Of a stretch of DNA of 64,000 nucleotides, positions 50,374-58,728 are shown piece by piece. The notes under the pieces were generated by a model that did no database searches, was not told the origin of the DNA, and worked only from the letters and a program-made list of their open reading frames with translations. Location: contig OZ038378.1 of assembly GCA_964036045.1 (NCBI GenBank), positions 55,986,001 through 56,050,000 of the forward strand, in the 5' to 3' direction. How positions within the stretch are numbered: the stretch's first letter is position 1; the number at the start of each line of letters is the position of its first letter. The stretch comes from Eutreptiella sp. 'Long Island Sound 2002'. Lineage: Eukaryota; Protista; Euglenida. The position numbers and the translations under genes are program-made.

Positions 50374-51499
50374 CTGGAAAGCCCGGGATAAATCCCAACA
50401 TCATGAGCAGCAGCAGCACCACCACCAGCCCAGATGACACGTGACACATGTATCAAAACCAATTCCCATGCGCACACAATACTGACACCATTACCACAAT
50501 GAACACCAGCACGAGCGTTGGCATTGGCATTGGCATTGGCATTGGCCATGTTTTTGGTATTGGTATTACATTGGTATCATTGTGGTATTGGCATTGGTAG
50601 TGATACCATCACAACCACTACAACCACCAGCATGCCAGCAACACAACTAATCCCTATACCACCAACGAACTGAGTACCAATACCAGTACCTACACCAAAC
50701 CTGCGACGTTTACCGGCACTGGCAACATCGATATTGCAACCAATACCAGAAACAGCACTACTACAGCACCAATACCAACACCTTCTTATGCACCAACACA
50801 ATCCTCCCCAGTGTCACACCATAGCTGATATTCCCCGTACCAACACTCAGCGTCTCCTTTTGCGTCTGTTGCAAGGGCCCTTTAACAGACATTTCTCTCG
50901 CAGAAAGGTTGAGGCACGCTTCGTACTTCCTTGTTTTCAAGTGTGAGCAATTGGCACTGCATAGACACTGCATACACACTCCAAACACACTGCACAGTTA
51001 CTGCACACACACTGCATACACACTGCATACACACTGCACACACAGGAGGATGAGGACATGTGGTCCCCTGGTGGGGCCCATCCACTCGCCACCCCATGGT
51101 GCCTGCCAGCCCCCACTAACTTGAAACCCCGGTCGTCAGTGGGGTGACCCTGACTGCGGGCCCACCACCGGCACAGCATCATGGCTGCGGCTCTCCTCTT
51201 CGTCTCCTCCCCATGGAAAATGTGACCCACGCAACAGCGGGCCATGATGCCGGTACCACTCAGGCCCTGTGGAGGGGTGGGTGAGGCAAGGAATCCAGCT
51301 CCACTTACAGCCCGGCTGCCACCCCACCCTCCCCCAAAGGGAGTGGGGACATAGACACACGGGTGTGAGCCCTTAGCCCGCCAAGTGCGACCGAAGGGCG
51401 GCGCGTGGCCGGCAGGTCACGGGGGCCTAGTCCGTCGCCTGATCCCTCACCCCCCTGCACGGCTCCCATGCACGCAGGCACACCGTCCATTCAGCCCCA

Positions 51500-52085
51500 A
51501 ACCGGGTACACACTTGGGCATGGGTGGGGAATGCGGAACCTTAGGCTGTCCCTACCCCCCGCACGGAGGGACTCAGGCGCTACTTGGAGCTGGGCTTGGC
51601 TGGGGAACACCTGGCCACGGGCCGTCCGTAACCCCCGTACAGTGGGACTCGGGTGTACCCGGCGGTGGGTATGGGGAGAGAACTCCGCCGCGGGCCGTCC
51701 CTATGCCCCACTCGGAGAGACTCGGGGGTATCCCGCGCTGGGCGTGGGGAGAGAACCCCGCCTCGGGCCGTCCCTATCCCTGACTCGGAGGGGCTCAAGG
51801 GTATGCGGCACCGGGCATGGGGAGAGAACTTTGCCATGCGCCGTCCCTATCCCCCACTCGGAGGCACTCAGGTGTCTACGGCAGTGGGCATGGGGAGGAA
51901 CTCCGCCATGGGCCGTCCCTATCCCCCCCTCAGAGGGAGTCGGGGGTATCCGGCTCTGGGCATGGGGAGATAACTCCGACACAGGCCATCCCTATCCCCC
52001 ACTCGGAGGCGAGGGACTTGGGTGTATCTGGCGCCAGGCATGGGAGAGAACTCCGCAACGGGCCATCACTGGCCCCCACTCCGAA
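51500..52085. repeat. ~70-bp tandem repeat, about 8 diverged copies
   Basis: gggcatggggagagaactccgcc.cgggccgtccctatcccccactcggaggg units. Confidence 0.9.
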
Positions 52086-52133
52086 GGCCCTCAAAACGAC
52101 CAGCCCTCAACACCAAGATCCATGTCAAATAGC

Positions 52134-52189
52134 TGTTTTAACTAAGGGTTTTTGAACCCCCCCCCCCCTTTCTGAACCCCCCCAAAAAG
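52134..52189. repeat. Terminal direct repeat, left copy (56 bp)
   Basis: tgttttaactaagggtttttgaac(c)n tttctgaacccccccaaaaag. Confidence 0.95.
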
Positions 52190-52694
52190 TGCCGGGCACC
52201 AGGCCCATAATAGCAGCGCCACCCCCGGCGGACGCCTCCAGCGGCCACGCCGCCCTGGACAGTCACCACAGTGGGCAGATACAGGCGATCACGACGGTCG
52301 CCGCGTCCCTCGGACAAAGAGGTCGGGCATATCCCACCATCCTGCCGTCAGCGTCAGCTGGATGCGGAGTGAGGTAGGCCCAACAAAAATGCGAAACAAA
52401 TAAAGCACCCAGCGGCCGTGTCGCCAACCAAATAAAGAGACAACAAGACAGGCGCACCCAGCGGCCACGCCGTCAGAGTCACCCCCTGCAGAGGGCAGAT
52501 ACAGGCGATTACGACGGTCGCCCAGTCTCACCGACGGTAAAAAGGCTGTCAACCCCAGCTCCCGGCCGTCAGCTCCAGCGGACGCGGACCGACACGGCCC
52601 AAAAAGACAAAGCAAAAGCAACACCCAGCGGCCACGCCGTCAGGGTCACCCACTGCAGTGGGCAGGCTCAGACAACGACGACAGGCGTCAAGCC
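52190..52694 (-). repeat. 3' non-coding region of the YR element with 3-4 internal diverged repeats
   Basis: cacccagcggccacgccg..gggcagatacaggcgat.acgacggtcgcc recurs near 52237, 52455 and 52621. Confidence 0.75.
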
Positions 52695-53219
52695 TCACGG
52701 GTTGAAGAGGCGGGCAATTTGCAACACCAGCCCATACCGGGCCTGGATCCATATATAGGGTACCGCAACCCTGCGTCCCTGGTTCCAGTCCGTTAGGGAG
52801 ACCACAGCGGCTCCCTCCGGCAGCCTCACCTCCCTGACCTGGCGGCAGGCATGCCGCCCTGGGGGCTTGGCGGCGCTGCCGCCGGGGGCCGTGCGGCGGT
52901 GCGGCGTGCCCCCCACGCGTGCGGCCACGTCCCTGGCCGCTCGTTCCAAAAACCCCTCCCTGTCGTCAGGGAGGGGGCACTGGGGGCACAGGCGCACCCC
53001 GTTGCCGAGCAGCACCCGGCGGATGGGCAGGCGTGCCAGCCTGCCACAGAGGCGGGTGCGGAGCACGCCGCTCCACTTCGCCGCCCGGCGCTGCTGGGCG
53101 TCCGCGAAACGCCGGTGCCGCTGTCCGCCATGGCGACCCTTCCGGTGGGCTCCACGGAAACCCCGTCGCTTGCGGGCCCCACGCGAGCCCCGACGCTTGG
53201 TCATAGGTGCGGAAAGCAA
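52695..53219 (-). CDS. ORF4 of the YR retrotransposon, unknown function (basic N-terminus, GVxLCP motif)
   Basis: Open 174 codons; LCGRLA..GNGVRLCP..AARDVAAR resembles LGGRLA..YQGVVLCP..AAVAEVLRR in the second family. Confidence 0.55.
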   Translation of the reverse strand: MLSAPMTKRRGSRGARKRRGFRGAHRKGRHGGQRHRRFADAQQRRAAKWSGVLRTRLCGRLARLPIRRVLLGNGVRLCPQCPLPDDREGFLERAARDVAARVGGTPHRRTAPGGSAAKPPGRHACRQVREVRLPEGAAVVSLTDWNQGRRVAVPYIWIQARYGLVLQIARLFNP

Positions 53220-53284
53220 AAAAGGTTGCTACATGGAGGGGGCAAACTCTGTCGCCGCCGGCCCACTGGGGGGGGGGGGGGGGG

Positions 53285-55279
53285 CTAGCATCCTCGGAGA
53301 CACACCACCCCCCTCACCCGAGCCTCGCCCAGATTCTCCAGCAATGCATCCCACGTGCACCAAGCCTCGACTTCCGCTCTGGCCTGTGAGCCTCCGAACA
53401 CTGACGTCACCCTGGACATAGGGTCTCCCGGCTGAAGCGCCGAGGGCACCCACACGAGGCGGAGCACGATCCCTGATACCCACAGGATTCTAGCCAATGA
53501 CCGAAGGACCGTTTGGTGGTGGGTCAGGTGGCTAGTCGCGCGCAGCCTGAGGACCTGAGCAATGGCCGCCTCGCTGTCGCTACAGACCGTAACAGCTCGG
53601 TGTCCCGTCCTGACTGCAAACCTGACAGCCCACGCCACTCCCCTCAGTTCCGTGGTTTGCTGGCTGGCGAAGCGGGCAGGAGGTGTCACATGCGTACGCA
53701 CACCGACCCCCGGCACGAGCGCCCCAACCCTCCAGCACCCCGCATCGCGCGCTCCATCGACACAGATGACGACGCCCCCGCACCAGAGAGTTGATCGCGA
53801 AAGCCTATCCTCAGTCCCAAACTGGAGGGTCCTCAATTGCCGCCAGGCCTCCCCGCCCGGCGCCCGCCAGGGCTCGGCCGCCAGCGCCACCAATGTCGCG
53901 AGGCTGCCCAGCATTTTCAGGGGGAAGCCCTGGGCCGGCTGTTTGGCCCCCCCCACCGTCCGACCCCAGCGAAACCAGCAGTAGGCGCCCGCCGCGAAAG
54001 GACAACCCAATCCCCTCGGACGCACATGCCAATTCAGTAAACCCAGGAAGCTCTGGAGGTGCCGGTCGTTGCCTGCGCCAACCGCCAGCCTCAGCCATCC
54101 CGCCCACAAGTGGAGCAGTGCTTGTTCATGGCTCTTGATCTGCCTAGCCTGCAAGTCGAGCTCCTTCCCCAGGAATGACGCCACAGGCACCGGGTCCAGG
54201 ACACTCTTAGGACTTATGAGGAACCCAGCCTCGATCAGGGCACGCACTGCCACTCGTCCCGCCTCCCTGAGCACCTCCCTATCAGTGAAGACGAGCAAAA
54301 AGTCATCGAGGTAGTGCACAAGGAGTATCTCAGGGGGCAGTACCCCCTGGAGAATGCGAGCCAAACTGGTTTGGCACAGATAGGGGCTGTATTTCCAGCC
54401 AAACGGTAGGCGCGACAGCGCCACAGGCGGAGCCCCGGGGGCGGGCCGGAAGCGAAAAACCTGGCGCGCACCCTGGGGCAAGCAAAAGCTCCAGAACGCA
54501 TTTTTGAGGTCGATGTGGAGGCCGTAGAGGTCCACATCAGGCGGGAACGCCGACAAGGACCTAGCCAAATCCTCCCAGGAATCCAATCTGAAAGTGGGGG
54601 GCTTGCCCCCGTCACTCTTGTTGATCTTGACGCAACTCAAGATCAGGGATACCTTCTCGGATGATTTGGGGATGACGAAGGGGTAACAAGTGGGGGGGGG
54701 GGGGTCAGCCGTCTCCTCGTAGACCCCCGCCCCCCTCAACGCCTGCACTATCCTCTGGACCTGCTGCGACACCCATCTGGTTGCCCCTCGGACCACCCTA
54801 TCCCCGTCCTGCCACTCCCGCTCGACGTCAAAATCCTGGAGTCCTCCGTGGTAGAAGGGCGGTACGACAGCGTCCCACAGATCGTCCGGTAGCTGGTGGG
54901 AGCCTACCGGTCCCAATCCCCGGTCCAAAATGGCATCCTCGACCCCCCCCATGAACCGCGGAATGGGGGAGGTGTTGATATGGAGGCATGCCTCCCAGGC
55001 GTCCGGGTGGAGCTTGCGCAAGGCGCCCAGGAGAGCGGGCAGAGCCCCTTGCAAGCGGAAATCCTCGGCTGTATCGAATACTCTATTCAACCACAGATCC
55101 ACCCTCTTCGCAACCATCCACAAGCCACAACGTTCCCGCTCGGCTATCCAGTGAAAATGGGGGGTGAGGGCTTGCATGAACTCCAGGAAGAGGGGGGGCT
55201 GTTCCTGCACCCTCCCACCCCTGTCGGGACCCTTACAGAGGGGGGGGGGGGCGACGCCATTGGTCCCGCCCTCCCCCAA
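53285..55279 (-). CDS. Reverse transcriptase-RNase H
   Basis: FVIPK, DLKNAFW, LPFGWKYSP, HYLDDFL and FLG; RNase H acidic residues in CVDGA, TTELRG and CSDSEAA, then WVPSALQPGDPMSR. Start uncertain (TTG at 55279 or a later ATG). Confidence 0.95.
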   Translation of the reverse strand: MGEGGTNGVAPPPLCKGPDRGGRVQEQPPLFLEFMQALTPHFHWIAERERCGLWMVAKRVDLWLNRVFDTAEDFRLQGALPALLGALRKLHPDAWEACLHINTSPIPRFMGGVEDAILDRGLGPVGSHQLPDDLWDAVVPPFYHGGLQDFDVEREWQDGDRVVRGATRWVSQQVQRIVQALRGAGVYEETADPPPPTCYPFVIPKSSEKVSLILSCVKINKSDGGKPPTFRLDSWEDLARSLSAFPPDVDLYGLHIDLKNAFWSFCLPQGARQVFRFRPAPGAPPVALSRLPFGWKYSPYLCQTSLARILQGVLPPEILLVHYLDDFLLVFTDREVLREAGRVAVRALIEAGFLISPKSVLDPVPVASFLGKELDLQARQIKSHEQALLHLWAGWLRLAVGAGNDRHLQSFLGLLNWHVRPRGLGCPFAAGAYCWFRWGRTVGGAKQPAQGFPLKMLGSLATLVALAAEPWRAPGGEAWRQLRTLQFGTEDRLSRSTLWCGGVVICVDGARDAGCWRVGALVPGVGVRTHVTPPARFASQQTTELRGVAWAVRFAVRTGHRAVTVCSDSEAAIAQVLRLRATSHLTHHQTVLRSLARILWVSGIVLRLVWVPSALQPGDPMSRVTSVFGGSQARAEVEAWCTWDALLENLGEARVRGVVCLRGC

Positions 55280-55554
55280 GCCTTGGCCTTGAGACGCTCA
55301 GCTGCAGCCACGAAGGCACCCTCCACCGGGCCTTGCGCCTCCGGCGCCCGGACATGCCCGCCCTGCCCGAGCTTGACGCGCTTGGGCTGCGGCGTTCCGA
55401 CCTGCTGGGCCAAACGAGGTCTCCCAGCTTGACGGCGTGCGGGGGCTCGGGATCGCACGGCCTGCGTACCATCCAGGACCACCTTAGCGCGACGCGGCCC
55501 CTTGTATGTGCGGTGGATACGGCCCACCACTCCAGCTTTCGAGCCCGCTGCGGG

Positions 55555-56949
55555 TCATCCTCTGACAGGGCCAACGGCTGCCCTGGAGGACCACGGTTTA
55601 CGCTCCCGTCCAACGAACCTGGCAACTCCGGCCTGTCGACGCCCGGGGGAGCCCCTGGTGCTGCCGACTGCGAATTCGCCAGAGGGCTCGCTTCCGGAAT
55701 CCTCGCTGTGGTCGCCGGTGTCCACGTCGGAATCGACATTGATGGGCCCGGCTGCCGTCCCTGGTCCGCACGCGCCCCCCCCCACGGCAGCCAATGGCCC
55801 CGCCGCCGTGCACAGCTGACCCGCATCTTCCCGAGACACGGCGCCGCGCTCAATGGCAGAGGCCAAAGGCGGAAGTGGAGGGAGGGTAGGAGCCGTGTCA
55901 GGCCCCGGGCCCATCTCAGCAGAGCCATCCCCGGTGGACTCCTCCGGCTCGGTCGCGGCTTGGTCTCCTTCGCCTCCGCTCCCAACTGTGCCGTTCGCGG
56001 TGGACTCCAGTTCCTGATCTCGCGGACGCCTCGGCTTGCGCTTGGTCGGGGTGTTGAGGGCGTTCGCGATACTGGGGAACATCGGGGATCCCCACAGGGC
56101 CAGGACGCCCACGCGTTCCGGATTCGGCAAAGGCCCCTGGTCACGGGACCATGCGGGCAGCACCGTAGGGGCAACGACTCCCGGGTCTGACCATTTGGTG
56201 CCGTATTGCATTGCCACGGGCGTGCTCTGCCATCTGCCCCACCATTTGTAGTAGGCGAGGTCTGGTTTACGGGCCCAAGTCGCTGCGGCGCCTCCCCTGC
56301 GCAGGGCGTGCCACCTGGCTCGGAAGTGGGCGGTGCTCGCCAGGGTGTCGGCCATGCCTGCCTCCAACCCCGCTTCCCCTGACTGCCAGACGAGCATGTC
56401 TGAGGTCCGGCCCAGCGAAACCATGTGGCCATGAAGCCACGCCCGGACGCCGTCCGCATACCTGTACAGGGGGCGGGTGGTGTACCCCTCCTCCCCGGTC
56501 TTGGAGTTCCAAAACTGGATAAAGCCTGGCATAGCCAGGTCAGTAACCCTGATGCCAGCTGCTTCGCCCACCCGCAGGTAGCATACCCAGCTGATGATGG
56601 CCAAAGCGCTGAACACCGCTCCGTGTCTAGAGTCTCTGGCCTTTTCGACCAGCTGGACCAAGCCTGCTGGGGACAGATAGGGCTGAGAGCCCGAGGATGC
56701 GGCTCCCGCCGCAATCCGTTTGTGCAGGGTGGTGACTGTTGGGGGCAGCCACTGGAGGTCGTCCACGGCTCTGACCGCGGAGGTAATACCCCGCAGGGCC
56801 GACGCTGTAGCGCCTGCTTGCGCCCGCTCTGCCAGGAGGCCTGCCACTGCTGCGGCTGTATCAGGCGGGCCCGTGCGGTCCGCGTAAGCCGCCAAGGCCC
56901 GGAGTCGGGATGCGTACTGCGAGCGGGTTCTCGGTCTCCAGGACTGCAT
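55555..56949 (-). CDS. Tyrosine recombinase
   Basis: Full catalytic set LRVGE (R), SKT (K), HALRRGG (H-x-x-R), GRW (W) and MQY (Y), followed by a low-complexity tail. The frame is open upstream to the gag UGA at 57085. Confidence 0.93.
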   Translation of the reverse strand: MQSWRPRTRSQYASRLRALAAYADRTGPPDTAAAVAGLLAERAQAGATASALRGITSAVRAVDDLQWLPPTVTTLHKRIAAGAASSGSQPYLSPAGLVQLVEKARDSRHGAVFSALAIISWVCYLRVGEAAGIRVTDLAMPGFIQFWNSKTGEEGYTTRPLYRYADGVRAWLHGHMVSLGRTSDMLVWQSGEAGLEAGMADTLASTAHFRARWHALRRGGAAATWARKPDLAYYKWWGRWQSTPVAMQYGTKWSDPGVVAPTVLPAWSRDQGPLPNPERVGVLALWGSPMFPSIANALNTPTKRKPRRPRDQELESTANGTVGSGGEGDQAATEPEESTGDGSAEMGPGPDTAPTLPPLPPLASAIERGAVSREDAGQLCTAAGPLAAVGGGACGPGTAAGPINVDSDVDTGDHSEDSGSEPSGEFAVGSTRGSPGRRQAGVARFVGRERKPWSSRAAVGPVRG

Positions 56950-57042
56950 GGCACTTTCCTCTGGTGAGCAGGGGTCGTCTGACCGGGCTGCTGTCTCCCA
57001 CCGGCGGGCGAGCGCCCGCAGCTCTGCCGCCGCGTCCGCAAT

Positions 57043-57087
57043 GCCGGAGCCCGGGGCGGCCGGTCCGGGCTCCAGCCGGTCCTGTCA
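57043..57087 (-). promoter_or_regulatory. Candidate stop-codon readthrough signal (UGA-C, 8-nt spacer, 12-bp stem-loop)
   Basis: TGA caggaccg GCTGGAGCCCGG accggccgcc CCGGGCTCCGGC: 11 Watson-Crick pairs and 1 G-U pair. Confidence 0.5.
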
Positions 57088-57717
57088 GGACCAGTGTGGG
57101 CATCTAAAGTGCCAGTGGCGTTCGTCGGGGGAGCCCCGCTGCGCGCACCTCTGGCACCCTCCGCTCGGCGGCGAGTCCACAGGGATCCACTCGCCCTGCC
57201 TCGACTGCCACTGCAGTACTCCTCCCACCTCCCTGAACTTGACGCTCCGCCACGTGAACGCCGATCCTTGTTCCTTCCATGCCTCCTCCAGCGTGGTGTA
57301 CTGGTTGGACTCGGAGCCTGTTTTTCCGTGCGTCCCTGCATACCTGCGGGCATACGCCGCCTGGGACTGGGACACGCAGTCCCAGACCCTCCACGCCAGC
57401 TGCTCTCCTGGGTCGACTGCGGCCTCCGTCGCCTGGCCGCCGAACTCACTTGGTCGGGGGATCTCCCCCACCTCACCAGCTCTAAGGCGTACGTACGCCT
57501 TGATGTTTGACAGCATGAGTCTCATCCACTGTGCCAACTGAGGCTTCTCGAGGGCTCGGTTTACTTCTGGCACGCTCAGTGGGGGCAGGCGGGGCCCCTC
57601 CTTCACCGCCACTCGGGCGAGTTGCTCTCTGAGTTCTTGAATTTCCTTGGCTTGTGCCGCCAGCCGCTCCTCGGCTGACTCTTGTTGGTTCTGGCTTGGC
57701 TGCTCAACCCCGTCCAT
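57085..57717 (-). CDS. gag-like ORF1 (coiled-coil N-terminus, C-terminal CxxC...H..C knuckle)
   Basis: ATG start, 210 aa, CQRCAQRGSPDERHWHFRC; homolog at 62209-62913. Confidence 0.85.
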   Translation of the reverse strand: MDGVEQPSQNQQESAEERLAAQAKEIQELREQLARVAVKEGPRLPPLSVPEVNRALEKPQLAQWMRLMLSNIKAYVRLRAGEVGEIPRPSEFGGQATEAAVDPGEQLAWRVWDCVSQSQAAYARRYAGTHGKTGSESNQYTTLEEAWKEQGSAFTWRSVKFREVGGVLQWQSRQGEWIPVDSPPSGGCQRCAQRGSPDERHWHFRCPHWS

Positions 57718-57794
57718 GGGTTAACAAAAACAAAGACAGGAAAACTGCCTAAACATTGGAGACGCAAACAAAAGTTGAGACGAGGCACAACTAG

Positions 57795-57849
57795 TGTTTT
57801 AACTAAGGGTTTTTGAACCCCCCCCCCCTTTCTGAACCCCCCCAAAAAG
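57795..57849. repeat. Terminal direct repeat, right copy (55 bp)
   Basis: Matches the left copy apart from C-run length. Confidence 0.95.
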
Positions 57850-58728
57850 GTACGATTTGGTGTTTTTGTGGCAATTACTTGCCCAGGGACCCTTTTGACA
57901 ACCTCCAAAAATACACCACAAAACTACTTGTTTTTAAACATAGTGGTTAAATGTGAAAAAGTGATGAAGGCTGCACAAACATGTCAATTCATTCAAAAAT
58001 TCTATTCACCCCTGGGAAGAAACGTGTTTGGAAGCAAGCAAAATGCAACCCTGTGGTTAGTAGAGCAAACTATCAAGAATGTAACCGTATTTTATAGTGC
58101 AGAGCCCTTGGTACACGCTAGAACAGGCAATATCGTTCTGGGCTAGAACTTCTAGCCCGGAACTTTCTAGCCTAGACCAGTTCTAGCAGAGAACACCAAT
58201 CGTTCTAGGCTACACTAGTTCTACACTAGAACACAAATCACGAATCCAAATGTCAGATTTCTTTTGGTTTGTTGCATTGCACTCAGAGTTGTTGGGAAGG
58301 GCATTGGTTATAGGTGTTGGTAGGTACATGAAGTGTGTGTGGGGTGGTCCTTAGGGGTCAAACTAGGAGCACAGTCAACCACATCAAGGGATGGGATGGG
58401 GGGAAGGGGGCAAAGAAATCGCCCCACACACCCGATGACTGTCAAGCTATTACACCCCCCTTACATTTTGGGGTGTGGGGTATGAGGCGATCTTGCTTGT
58501 TGTATTGTGGTTAAGGTTAGGGAGGGTATGCCTTTTCTTTTTGATAGGTGTGTTTTTGGTGGTGCTTGAAACTAAGAGGGAGGTATGTTCCTCCTTCCCT
58601 CCGTCCCTCCTCCTTTCCTCTCCCCTTCCTTCCCTTCTTGCTTCCCTCCTTGGTGCTTGATTCAAAAATGTCCACAAAATACAAAACAAGCATCTGAGAT
58701 CTGCACTAAGTATAATACCACATTACGA

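Larger units (their letters stand above)
52134..57849 (-). mobile_element. Apparently intact tyrosine-recombinase retrotransposon (VIPER/TATE-like order gag-YR-RT/RH, plus ORF4)
   Basis: Four uninterrupted ORFs with diagnostic motifs, bracketed by 56/55-bp direct repeats at 52134-52189 and 57795-57849. Confidence 0.92.

Noticed and set aside
49230-51280. Additional host exons near 49.3 and 51.2 kb, including an IQ-like RAAAMMLCRWW reading
   Set aside because: Plausible acceptors exist, but several frames fit and phases could not be reconciled with neighbouring exons.
55555-57087. UGA reassigned as a sense codon in this genome
   Set aside because: Host exons and element ORFs encode Trp with TGG and the reconstructed exons contain no internal TGA; local readthrough is the simpler explanation.
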